From assembly GCF_001194135.2 (NCBI RefSeq), contig NC_069005.1, positions 17,355,133 to 17,398,900 on the forward strand: a stretch of 43,768 nt of DNA. Reading direction: 5' to 3'. Position 1 is the stretch's first letter, and every line of letters starts with the position of its first letter. The notes beneath the pieces are model-generated. The model ran no database searches and was not told the DNA's origin. It saw only the letters and a program-made list of their open reading frames with translations. This document shows, piece after piece, positions 22,172-32,624 of the stretch. Source of the DNA: Octopus bimaculoides. Taxonomy: Eukaryota. The position numbers and the translations under genes are program-made.

Positions 22172-24083
22172 CCAGAAGAACGTTCCGCACCCCTAAACCA
22201 AGAAGGCTCTTGGAATATGTAGGATGTAGTTTAAGGATAAATAGTAATTCTGTTTACGTTTGCGTGACTGAGATATTTTGGTTGGATTATATAACTATCG
22301 GTTTTACACTTCTTTCTATATTCTTTAACTGTCACAATATAGAAACTTCTCTCATGATTCCAGCACACAATTTACAGATGCTTACATTTTTTATATTTTC
22401 CATGAAGTTTTCACGGGTCCAGCTAGTTACTATTATTATTATTATTATTATCATCAGCATTAGCATTATACTGATTTAGGGTGTCAACATTACTGGTATT
22501 AATTTTTGAACTTATATTTACACTTTATTTTACTCTACTCTTAATTTGGATATTCTTAGATTCTGTACTGGTCAATTTATTAGTTACCTTATCAACTTTA
22601 TTTTTATGGGATTTACCAAGTTTAAGTATATTACTCACGCCACTAACATTAGATCCACCCATCCCGTTGTGTACCGATCTCGCTTTATTCAGGGTCACAT
22701 TATAATATTCTACATTAGTGTTGAAAATTTCTTCATTACAAGATAAATTTGAAATTTGCCTCGAAATATTTTAAACAAAGTTACGTGTAATTGCTTTAGG
22801 ATGATTACTATTAAAATTAATATACTTCAAGTTAGTATTAGGTTTATGATATAACTTATATTGGCCAATAACAAGATTCAGATTAACATCCAAATAATTA
22901 ACAGAATCATGTTGACTTTCAATAGAAGTAGATAAACCAAATATTTTAAAGAACCTATGAAATCTTTTCTTGTACAAATCTAATTACCTATCGGATAAAC
23001 TATTAATGAGAAACAACACATTATTACCCCTATACAATCCGCCTTTAATTTCCGGAAATTCACTACGTAAATGAAATAGAATGTATATCCCTACAAGATC
23101 AGTAACCTGGGAAGAATCAGTTGAACTCATAGTAACATCAAAGCCATCAAAAGTATTTTTTCTAACCCAGTATTTATTATCAAATAAAATAACTGATTAC
23201 CTAGCTTCCAAAATTATTTTAATTTCTTTTTAACTAAGATTAGATTTTCTTTTAGCAAACAAAAAAAGCCTTATTAAGTACAATAGGATTAATAGATGAA
23301 TAATAGTTATCAATATCTATCTGTATAAATTTACTTCTATTTTTATTATCTATTCTATCAAGCCAATTAATAGCTCCTTGTGTATTAGATCAAAGTTCAA
23401 GTTTTATTTTCTTCATAAGTGCCGGTATATACTTATCTACAATATTTTTTACAATATATTTTTTACAATATATTTTACTATGTCAGATCGGCCTTGGCAA
23501 ATCAATCTAACTTTGGGATTAGAATAGAAATTCTTTTTATGATCTTTTAAAGAGATCCTAGATCTCATAGGAACAAATGGCTCTGTCATCAAGAACATAA
23601 TTATTCATAATCTTCTTAGCTTCCAAGTTAATAGCCCTTAAAATATTTTTACTTACTACCTTTTAGTTACTAGTAATTTCATTCCTAATTCATGATATTT
23701 TAATATATCCATATTATATGTTTCCAGTTTCATCGGATTGCACAATAATACCATGTTTTCTTTTAAGATCGCATACTAAAGATTTAAGATTCTTTAAATG
23801 ATCATTCCCGTTAAGGGGATATTTAACAAATTTAACATTTCTCACAAAAGACCATAATTCATTCTCAAACGCAGCCTAGCAAGTTAGACAAGTTGATATA
23901 CAAAAAATATTAAGTGCATTTCATACAAAACATGTATATATATGTATGGATATAAAAAGTCCGACTTACACAGAATATAAATTATATCAGAAATTAAAGG
24001 GGTTGAGTGAGAGTTTTACGAGTTCAATAGCTGTTTCTAGGGGATTGGTGGTCCAAAATAATGATTGTAACTTGATTCCATCA

Positions 24084-24435
24084 TCGTCTTGACTATTTAC
24101 CTTCGTGAAGAGTTACGTCAATCCTTTTTAAAATATGAAAATCAAGTAGATTGAGATGATTGATTTTATGGTACATACAGAAATTCTAGAAGTCACTAAA
24201 GCAGCCGTGTGTCTAAGGAAAATCGTAATGTAAATTACAGCTTTTGCGTTTTTCGCTAGATCCCAGTGTTGAACCCAATCCTGGGCCAATGGATTTCGTA
24301 CCATTTAAATTGAACTTGACAAAGACAGACGTATTGTCGAAATATTGTTCAACAAATAAAACATTTATACAATCGAATCACGCTCTTCGTCTTGACTATT
24401 TACCTTCGTGAAGAGTTACGTCAATCCTTTTAAAA

Positions 24436-24439
<4 letters not shown>
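24084..24439 (+). repeat. 53-bp direct repeat pair (24084-24136 and 24387-24439; 303-bp period)
   Basis: tcgtcttgactatttaccttcgtgaagagttacgtcaatcctttt(t/a)aaaatat, one mismatch. Confidence 0.95.
24310..24352 (+). ncRNA. Minimal type I hammerhead-ribozyme-like motif (C3>U and G8>A substitutions)
   Basis: TTGAAC-tTGAcaA-A-GACA-gacgtat-TGTC-GAAATATT-GTTCAA: perfect 6-bp helix I, 4-bp helix II, palindromic AATATT in place of helix III. Confidence 0.65.

Positions 24440-24497
<58 letters not shown>
24440..24497. repeat. (TAA)n microsatellite
   Basis: Seen directly. Confidence 0.98.
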
Positions 24498-24502
<5 letters not shown>

Positions 24503-24726
24503 GGATTCTTGATAGAATCGAGTACTTAAAAGGATAAACTTGTAGTCACCACCTATGGCGGATTAAATATCCAGTAGGATATTCAGGTTGTGCATACAGA
24601 GAAAACCACCCCTAGGAGTATTTAGCGCCTAGTGCCTGGTCCAAAGCATATATTGTGTTGATTATACGTTGTTTGGTATACTCGAGGGTATCCAACGTGT
24701 CGTGAATACCTATGGTATAAGCAAAT

Positions 24727-25080
24727 GAATAATAACAGACGATAGATAAATATCAGCTCATTACAGCTGTTTCTAATCATTTTTCATAGTAGAATGAGTA
24801 CATTAGATCATTTCAAAAAGCTGTAATCATCAGATGAAACATAATTTCAAAACATCAGAATATCCCAATAACACAGTGGCAACATGCTTGAAGCCAACCG
24901 AAGCTGACCTTGGTTTCAAGCATGTTCTCATTGTGTTCATAAGATATTCTGATGTTCTGAAATTATGTTTCATCTGATAATGGCGGTTTTTTGAAATGAT
25001 ATAATGTACTCGTTTTCTATTTAAAATGCATAAGAAGCAGCTGTAATGAGCTGATATTTATCCATCGTCTGTTATTATTC
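24727..25080. mobile_element. Palindromic (fold-back) MITE-like element, 171-bp arms, 12-nt spacer
   Basis: gaataataacagacgat.gataaatatcagctcattacagctg... matches the reverse complement of the right arm along its whole length. Confidence 0.9.
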
Positions 25081-25237
25081 CTTTGATTTTATACACGTGC
25101 GCGCGCGCGCGCACATACACACACATAATATGTATCAAACAATTACAAAGAATACGGAGATTGGTACATCATCAAATTTTACATTTGGTCATACAGCAGA
25201 ATTATTTGGTTAAAATGATCGACACGTGTTTCTGCTG

Positions 25238-26563
25238 GGGTCCGGACAAAATCCCCTCAGACAAGTCCCCTCGGACAAAACCCCTCGGACAAAACCACCT
25301 CGAACAAAAAACCCTCAGGCAAAATCCCATTAGTTAAAGTGCGAAAGTGGACAAACCTCACTCATTTATATTTTTGAATGGGGTGTACAATAAACACTCT
25401 ACCTCTTTTCGGTTTATTTTGTTGGGGTTTTTTTTGCAGATTCCGATGTTTCCGGCATCTAAGATCTCGATTATGACAAAAAATTGGCATTTCAAAATTT
25501 AAATCTCCCTTCGACCAATTTTTTTCGTTTTTCACATTTCTGCGAAAAAATTTTTTGGTTACGATTTTCTGGAAACAAATCATTTCTAAAATTTCACTTT
25601 TTTAAACAAGTTGACACCCCTTTCCACCGCGTGCNNNNNNNNNNNNNNNNNNNNNNNNNNNNNNNNNNNNNNNNNNNNNNNNNNNNNNNNNNNNNNNNNN
25701 NNNNNNNNNNNNNNNNNNNNNNNNNNNNNNNNNNNNNNNNNNNNNNNNNNNNNNNNNNNNNNNNNNNNNNNNNNNNNNNNNNNNNNNNNNNNNNNNNNNN
25801 NNNNNNNNNNNNNNNNNNNNNNNNNNNNNNNNNNNNNNNNNNNNNNNNNNNNNNNNNNNNNNNNNNNNNNNNNNNNNNNNNNNNNNNNNNNNNNNNNNNN
25901 NNNNNNNNNNNNNNNNNNNNNNNNNNNNNNNNNNNNNNNNNNNNNNNNNNNNNNNNNNNNNNNNNNNNNNNNNNNNNNNNNNNNNNNNNNNNNNNNNNNN
26001 NNNNNNNNNNNNNNNNNNNNNNNNNNNNNNNNNNNNNNNNNNNNNNNNNNNNNNNNNNNNNNNNNNNNNNNNNNNNNNNNNNNNNNNNNNNNNNNNNNNN
26101 NNNNNNNNNNNNNNNNNNNNNNNNNNNNNNNNNNNNNNNNNNNNNNNNNNNNNNNNNNNNNNNNNNNNNNNNNNNNNNNNNNNNNNNNNNNNNNNNNNNN
26201 NNNNNNNNNNCATCATCATCATCATCATCATCATCACGAACATTATCAGCATCACTACCGCCAAACCGTGACTAGTAATATAACCACAATTACAACCGCC
26301 AACTGCAACAAATTCAGCTTCATTCATCATCATCACCTTTGTCATCAAAATTGAATTTAGAAAGAAAAAAACAAGTAGATATTTTGTCAGAGTCGGAATC
26401 TCCATTACTGAAAACGTCAGAATCTGCAAAAAAAAAAAAAAGAAAGAAGTGTGGTAGGTGTTAATTGTACAACTCCGCCAAAAATATTACTGAGGGAATT
26501 TTGCCCTCTCTCGCATTTTAACTTAGGGCTTTGTCTGAGGGGAATTTTGTCCGGGGAGGGTCC
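25238..26563. mobile_element. Non-autonomous DNA transposon with inverted ends built from tandem ggacaaaa(t)cccct subterminal motifs
   Basis: Left: about six copies of the 15-16-bp motif followed by agttaaagtgcga. Right: the reverse complement (tcgcattttaacttagggctttgtctgaggggaattttgtccgg). The interior is mostly gap and (CAT)n. Confidence 0.65.
25635..26210. other. Assembly gap (N)
   Basis: N run. Confidence 1.
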
Positions 26564-26631
26564 TACACTCCTGAGTATGTGCAGTTGTGCATTGGACCCA
26601 GGATAATCTGCTGGGCGCTTTCATTCATAGA

Positions 26632-26702
26632 ATACTGCCTGGAATCGAACTCGGAATCTTGGGGTTGGTAGCCCGCGATCTTTCGCACTACATCATATGC
26701 CC
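26632..26702 (-). mobile_element. tRNA-derived segment (SINE-head-like), not a functional tRNA
   Basis: Minus strand GGGCATATGaTGTAGTG..GCGGGCTACCAACCCC..CCGAGTTCGATTCCagg: A-box-like and B-box (GTTCGATTCC), but no acceptor-stem pairing. Confidence 0.7.
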
Positions 26703-26711
26703 GTGGGCAAT

Positions 26712-27215
26712 TATGGAGTTGGTTTTAGGGCTTATAAATCTAATATTTTTCTACCTTTCCTTAATACCGGTTCCCATATGCTACTCATATCTGCACTCGG
26801 TCTGCTTAGGAGGTTGTTGTGTCCTAGCATATGTGCTGCTTCTTTTAGTTTTCGTATTTTCCAGTGGTGTTCTCTGTCTATTATTTTAAATTCATCCCAC
26901 AGGGGGAGGTGGTCTCCATTTTTCCATACATGATCAGCTATACTCGATTTATCAATATCTCCCCGTGTGACAGCTTTGCGATGTTCGTCTACCCTTACTT
27001 TGAGGGGGCGACATGTTTCACCTTTGTATAACCTACCACAGCTGCATGGGATGGAGTACACGCAGACTTTTGTCATATTCTCTTCTATTGATGGTTTTAC
27101 TCGAAGGAGATATTTGCGAAATGTTGTATTACTTTTGAACACTCTCCTGATGTCATATGGGCTGCATATCTTTTGTATCTTTTCGGATACAATGCATCAA
27201 CAATTATAAGCTGCA
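26712..27215 (-). mobile_element. Third Penelope-like element: 5'-truncated GIY-YIG endonuclease end (Poseidon/Penelope-like, no Cys linker)
   Basis: ORF 26732-27142: VYSIPCSCGRLYKGETCRPLKVRVDEHRK..SSIADHVW..RKLKEAAHM..LLSRP. Upstream EKIQKICSPYDIRRVFKSN continues the domain. Confidence 0.9.
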
Positions 27216-27417
27216 AGTTAGGAGTTACTTTCTGTCTTTTCTCTCACAAGTCTCGCTGACCCTGCAAAAAATGGGAAAACGCGGACAGAATCTTCTTTTC
27301 TTTATTAGGCCAAGCTGCAAAAATATAGTCATTGAAAAAGAGGTATCACCACCACCTCATCCACATTTATCTTTACATTATCTATATGGTTCATCTTTAT
27401 TATAAAGAATTGTAACA

Positions 27418-27625
27418 AGGCAGTGAGCAGGTAGAATCGTTAGCACGCCAGACAAAATGCTTTTTTTTCCAGTTCTTTAAGTTCTGAGTCTAATTTCCGC
27501 TGAGGTCGACTTTGCCTTTCATCCTTTCGGGATAAAATAAGTGCCAGTTGAGCACTGGGATCGATGTAATCAACTTCTTCCTACTCCCCTAAAATTTGCT
27601 GGCTTTGCACCAAAATTTGAAACCA
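27418..27625 (+). mobile_element. tRNA-derived SINE (family B), copy 1 of a tandem trimer
   Basis: ggcagtgagcaggtagaatcgttagc..gaggtcgactttgcctttcatcctttcgg..gtgccagttgagcactggg.tcgatgtaatc. Confidence 0.85.
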
Positions 27626-27642
27626 TTCTAACGAGTTGCAAT

Positions 27643-27870
27643 AAGGCAGCTAGCTGGAAGAGTCGTTAGAATGTCGGGGAAAATGCTTGCTTTCCAAGAT
27701 CAGTTTCAGCCTTTTATATTTTGAGTTCAAATCCTGCCAAGGACAACTTTACTTTCATTTTGGTCTTTTTTAATTTTTCTGCAGGGTCGATGAAAAGAAG
27801 TACTAGTCAATTACTGGAGTTTTAGGTTCGAAGAAACCCCTCCCCTTAAAAACTGAATAACCCTGGGCAA
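27643..27870 (+). mobile_element. tRNA-derived SINE (family B), copy 2
   Basis: ggcagctagctggaagagtcgttag..gagttcaaatcctgcc..gtcgatgaaa. Confidence 0.75.
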
Positions 27871-27884
27871 AATCATAAACTACC

Positions 27885-28090
27885 AAGACGGCGAGATGGC
27901 AGAATTATTAGAAAGTTGGAATAAATACTTCGTTAATTATTTCTGCTCTTTGCATTCGGAGTTCAAATCTCATCGAGCTCAACTTTGGCTTTTACTACTT
28001 CGGGGTCGATAAAATAAAGTACCAATCAAGTACTGGGGGTGAGAATATCGAATAAGCCCGCTACCCTCAAAATTTCCGACCTTCTATGTA
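27885..28090 (+). mobile_element. tRNA-derived SINE (family B), copy 3
   Basis: gacggcgagatggcagaattattag..gagttcaaatc..ttcggggtcgataaaataaagtacca. Confidence 0.8.
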
Positions 28091-28608
28091 AATCAGCTGC
28101 TATTTTAATAAGTTGTAACATAAAAATTAAGTAATGGCCTTTCCGTTGAGAGGCATTGCTGCCACCTCAGCCTCATATAATAACTAAAATAACTCATTAA
28201 TGCAGATGTATTAATACTTGACAGCCACGTGGAAATGATAACATTGCTTCCACATCTAATTCAAAAATATCTACTAACTGTCCAGGTTTTTGAGTTAGCG
28301 AAATTTACATAATGGTTTGAATCTATGGAAAGCTATCTTCCTCACGAAATCTTTCAAGCAATCATTTACAAAGGCATAATCGTTGTTGTTTGGCCCCAGG
28401 CAAGGACCGATTAATCAACCAGATTTTATCATCAAAGATCTTACAATCGTGACCGATAGTAACACGGGTATGGCAGTGCGGTTAACAAGTTCCCTTCGGA
28501 TCAAATCTCACTTCGTGCGCGGAACCTTCTATATCTCCAGGCTGACCAATGTCTTCTGAGAGAACTTGGTAAACTGTATGGAAGTTTTCATGCACGTGTG
28601 CGTGTGTG

Positions 28609-28661
<53 letters not shown>

Positions 28662-28682
28662 ATATATGTATGTATATATGTA

Positions 28683-30054
28683 TAGGGGTTGGACAAAATA
28701 ATGGAAACACCTTAAAATTTCAAACAAATTTATTTTAATATAGGATAGGCCGTCTTTGGCAGTAATTACAGTTTGAATTCTACGAGGTATGGACTATCAT
28801 TCTCATTTTCCCTAGTTTTCCCTATTTGTCTCTGATGACGGAATATCCCATACTCGGGGATACTTTGACAGCAATTACAGCTTGAATTCTACGAGGTATA
28901 GACTCGTACAAAGTTTGAATTGTTTCCAAAGGAATTTTTGTCCATTCTTCAGCTAAAACAGTCTCCAGTTCTTGTAGCGATGATGGTGGAGGATATCGAC
29001 TTCTTACTTGTTTTTCTAAACTGCACCATAAATGTTCAATAATATTGAAATCTGAGGACTGTGGTGGCCAGATAAGATGTTCAACTTCAATAGAATGTTC
29101 CTCGTGCCATTCAGTAACAAGTTTAGCTGTGTGAATTGGTGCATTATCATCCTGAAAGATTATGTTTCCCTCCGGAAACAGTTCCGCAACCATAAGATGA
29201 ATTTGATCAAATAAAATGCTTAGTCTTGACTATTAATTCTGCCATGAAGGGAAACCATTGGGCTGGCGGATTTCCAAGATATAGCCACCCCCGATCATTA
29301 CAGATCCTCCTCCATGCTGAAGAGTTGGAAGAAGGCAGTCTGGGTCAAATGTTTCTTTTGGCTGTCTCCACACGTATACTCGGCCGGTGGTTGGAAATAA
29401 GATAAAGGAGGACTCATCCGAGAAAATAACATTCCTCCTCTGCTCTAGGGCCCAATTCTGTAGGTTTTTACTCCAATCTAAACGCTTTGCAACGTTTGTT
29501 TTGAAAGTAGTGGTTTTCTTATTGCAGCCCTCCCGGGAAATCCGGCTTTGTGCAGCTCCCTGCAAACAGTTTTTGCTGAAACTGGGTTCTCGAGGTGGTC
29601 ATTAAGCTCTGCAGTAATTTTGGGAGCTGTACTTTTGTTTTCTAACAATTCGCGTAAGAGTCCGACGGTCCCTATTTGAAAGTTTTCGTTTTCTTCCAGA
29701 GTTTTGTTTCGACAAGGAGGTTTTCCCCTCTTTCTCAACGGCTATCATTACTTTTGAGACAGTACTTCTTGATACACCAAACATTTCGGCTGTTTTCATT
29801 ATGCTAGTGCCTGCCATAGTAGCACTAACAATTTGACCTCTTTTAAAGTTCGATAGATCTGTCATTTTAATGTATTTTAATTACCGTTTTTTAATGATAT
29901 CTGAAAAGAAACAGCAATTGTAGCAAAGTATATTAAGCAACACTTATAATAAATAAAAAAACATAAAAATAAACAAGCTTTTGACGGTTTTATAGATAAT
30001 TCAAAATTATGATGCTATGATGCTAGGTGTTTCCATTATTTTATCCAACCCGTG
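28683..30054 (-). mobile_element. Full-length Tc1-superfamily DNA transposon with DD36E catalytic spacing (Incomer-like); transposase frameshifted
   Basis: About 30-bp TIRs (ggggttggacaaaataatggaaacacct / aggtgtttccattattttatccaacccg) flanked by TA at 28681-82 and 30055-56. Transposase pieces 29865 to 28822: MTDLSNFKRGQIV..GRKRKL; VIFSDESSF; FQDDNAPIH..WPPQSSDFNIIEHLW, with 36 residues between D and E in one frame. Confidence 0.95.
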
Positions 30055-30527
30055 TATTTATGTAAGTATGTATGCATGTATGTATGTCTGGGTATGGCTT
30101 TAAACTGCATCCGGTAGGGGGGTTATTGTACGGGAGTTCCGGGGGTTTTGATGAGTGTGGAACCACCTTTTATCCACTATTGTTCTCACGTCTGCTCTGA
30201 CCTGGAGTAGTAGCATCTATGTCTTAACTAGTATGTGAGCTACTGTAAGTGAAGGAGCCCTAGTTCTCATTAGAACTTCCTCCAAGGGAAACTTGTTTAA
30301 ATAAAACTGATGTGCAGTGTGTTTCTGATCGTCCCAATCTCTGTTGTATCGATGGTTTTTGTAGATGATTGCGCTGAAAATGAGTTCAGTGCTGTGCAAC
30401 ACATTATCTACTCAAAATAAATTTAAGCACAGGAAGTTCTTGAACTCTCAGAATGTTTGTATGAACTTGTAGCATAGACTCGGGTGAAATTCCTCTTTCT
30501 CATTTATTATATATACGTGCATTCAAA

Positions 30528-31530
30528 CGTAGCAAGGAAGAACTAGCCTTTGGCCGCTATTTGAATTACCTTGCGCTTACTACTCTGATTTGTTAGTATT
30601 GGTGCAATTTGTCTCCTACTCGGTTGTGCCAACTTGCCGCGGACAACCAATCTGAGACTCTAAATAGGATAACGTGGACAGCCTGTTTATTACCCTGTTT
30701 TAGGCTACAACTCCTAATAAAAACTCCGCTTTTCCTCACTCCGGATCTTTTAAGGTATAGCCACTGACCACGAAGACACAGCCAGTTCCAGCGACAATAC
30801 CATTCCCACAGCAGCTACGTTGAGACTTACCAACTTCGTTACCATGACATTCAACAGCATTGCGGCAACCTCCTTCTTTGTCACCATCATCATGTCCTTC
30901 TTAACGTCATCAACATCATCTCTCTACGTACACAGCTCAGCAAGCAACTCATCCAGGTTCCAACAGTTTGCTGTTCGTGAATTATTTCACTACGAATCAA
31001 CAGCGAATATACAACCTGCATGAACTTTTGTACCAAGTAACCCAGGCAGCAGCATCACAGCGACGATTTCACGTACGACATGTACCCGCAACCAGCTCAG
31101 CATCATAGCCGCAACCAGCTCAGCATCATAGCCGCAACTTCTTGATACAGTATTTCAACTGCCATGTACGACTGACTACGAACTGGTATTATTCATCTAT
31201 CTTGTGTCTATAAACTTACTTCTCACTTCGATGGCTTATAGACGTTTTCACTGTTTTCTCCTTAAATGTACTTAACCCTTCGCATACATCTATGCCTATA
31301 CACACACATTTTGTTCTTATGACAGCCAGTCAATTTTTTTCTGTACACATGACGCTCACACAGACACACATGTTATCATATCAATAAATGTTATCTTAAT
31401 CATTCTTATGCGGTTGTGTCTCTTTCCATCTGGCATGTATTTGTTCTATCTAATCTTTCTTTATTGTATAAATCGTTTGATGTGTTACAAAAGAGCCATT
31501 CTCGACCCCTCATATCCCACGGTCCTTACA
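30528..31530 (+). mobile_element. Candidate solo LTR (about 1 kb)
   Basis: Ends cgta(gc)aagga...tccttaca resemble TGTAAGGA/TCCTTACA termini. TATA-like taataaaa at about 30715 and AATAAA at about 31383; no long ORF. No TSD match found. Confidence 0.35.
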
Positions 31531-31616
31531 AACTTATTGAATTTGGGAAGTGGTTTTACCCAGTCACGAGCTGACTGCCACTGTGTATGCATGTATGTAT
31601 GTATATGCTTTATCTT

Positions 31617-31745
31617 TTATCTTTTACTTTTTTTTCATTCATTAGACTGCAGCCACACTGGGGCACCACCTTGATGAATTTTTAGTCGAATAAATCGACA
31701 CCAATTGCTAAGCGGTGGTGAGGGGGACAAACACAGATACAGACA
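31617..31745 (-). mobile_element. SINE-like family A, internally deleted copy
   Basis: gactgcagccacactggggcacc..ttttagtcgaa..atcgac..gggggacaaacacagatac matches both ends of 13845-14050. Confidence 0.7.
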
Positions 31746-31767
31746 CACACACACACACATATACATA

Positions 31768-32624
31768 CGTAATCTGATCAATAATTATCCGGACTGTTGC
31801 CATAGTAACGAAATTAAAGCATGCAGAGTAAAGCCGCTTGGTACAGATTGACCTTGAATTTTGCTGTGCATGCGCACTAAGTTTTAACGCTCTAGTTCAC
31901 TTCCGTTCTTTACAACAGTGCTTCGAAGGAAAGTGACCATGACAGAGGAAGTTGAGCAGCGAATCTGTATCAAATTTTGCCAAAAGCTTGGCGATACTTG
32001 CTTCAGAGGCCTACGCAAAGTTTTCAAAAAGTTTTCATCGTTCTCGACATAATCAAGGATATCTTGTGCAATTGAAACGCGAGTGTCCTTTTGGCCAGCC
32101 GAAAGCAGTTTTGGCACAAACTTGGCAGACACGCGTCTCATACCCAAATCTTCAGTGATGGACTGAACTGAATCGTAACTAATCTGCACATCCTCTGATA
32201 ACTCACGGATGGTGATTCGACAATTTCCCCTCACAACTGCACATATCTGCGATGTTTTTCGGAGTTCTGCTGGTTGCGGGTCTCCCATAATGTTCGTCAA
32301 TATTGACATTTTTCGGCCATTTTGGAAACGTCTGAACCACTTGTACACTGTGTGCGCCTCATAAACTCCTTTTCATACACTTTCTACAACTTTGCGTAGG
32401 CCTTTGTGCAGGTATCGCCATGACAACAATCTGTCATGGTCAATGCAACGATCACACGCTATACATCTTCATTCTAAGCACTGCTGTAAACAGCGGAAGT
32501 GAGCTAGAACGTTAAAACTTAGTGCACAACAGTGTTCAAGGTCAATCTCTGCCAAGCGGCTTTACTCTACTTGCTTTAGCTTCGTTATTATGGCAACAGT
32601 CCGGATACTTATTAATCTGACCTA
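31768..32624. mobile_element. Mariner-derived element made of two oppositely oriented 5' ends (no 3' end, no catalytic domain)
   Basis: Left arm 31768-~32030 (+): TIR, leader and start of transposase (MTEEVEQRICIKFCQKLG). Right arm 32624-~32030 (-): the same TIR and leader, then MYKWFRRFQNG..TIRELSEDVQIS..LGMRRVSAKFVPKLL..DENFLK. Confidence 0.88.

Larger units (their letters stand above)
22200..24439 (-). mobile_element. Second, distinct Penelope-like element (RT and thumb, decayed) with a 5' flanking repeat unit
   Basis: Minus strand: NTQGAINWLDRIDNK (~23370); DGFDVTMSSTDSSQVTDLVGIYIL..GGLYRG (23030-23150; cf. the FDVTMG..GLYRDD form of PLE RTs); ORF 22771-22977 VNYLDVNLNL..YHKPNTNLKYINFNSNHP. 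The GIY-YIG domain is not seen (cut off near the SINE at 22171). Confidence 0.85.

Noticed and set aside
7548-25080. Assigning the palindromic elements to Crypton
   Set aside because: No tyrosine recombinase sequence or defined target duplication is visible; kept only as a hypothesis.
25238-25330. Short repeats that could suggest a CRISPR array (also 24084/24387 and 33495-33680)
   Set aside because: No unique spacers of constant length, no cas genes, and a eukaryotic context.
26632-26702. tRNA gene (also the SINE heads at about 21300, 27418 and 40249)
   Set aside because: No acceptor stem or full cloverleaf; these are tRNA-derived repeats.
30090-30402. Possible LINE ORF1 fragment on the minus strand
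   Set aside because: No diagnostic motif; cannot be assigned.
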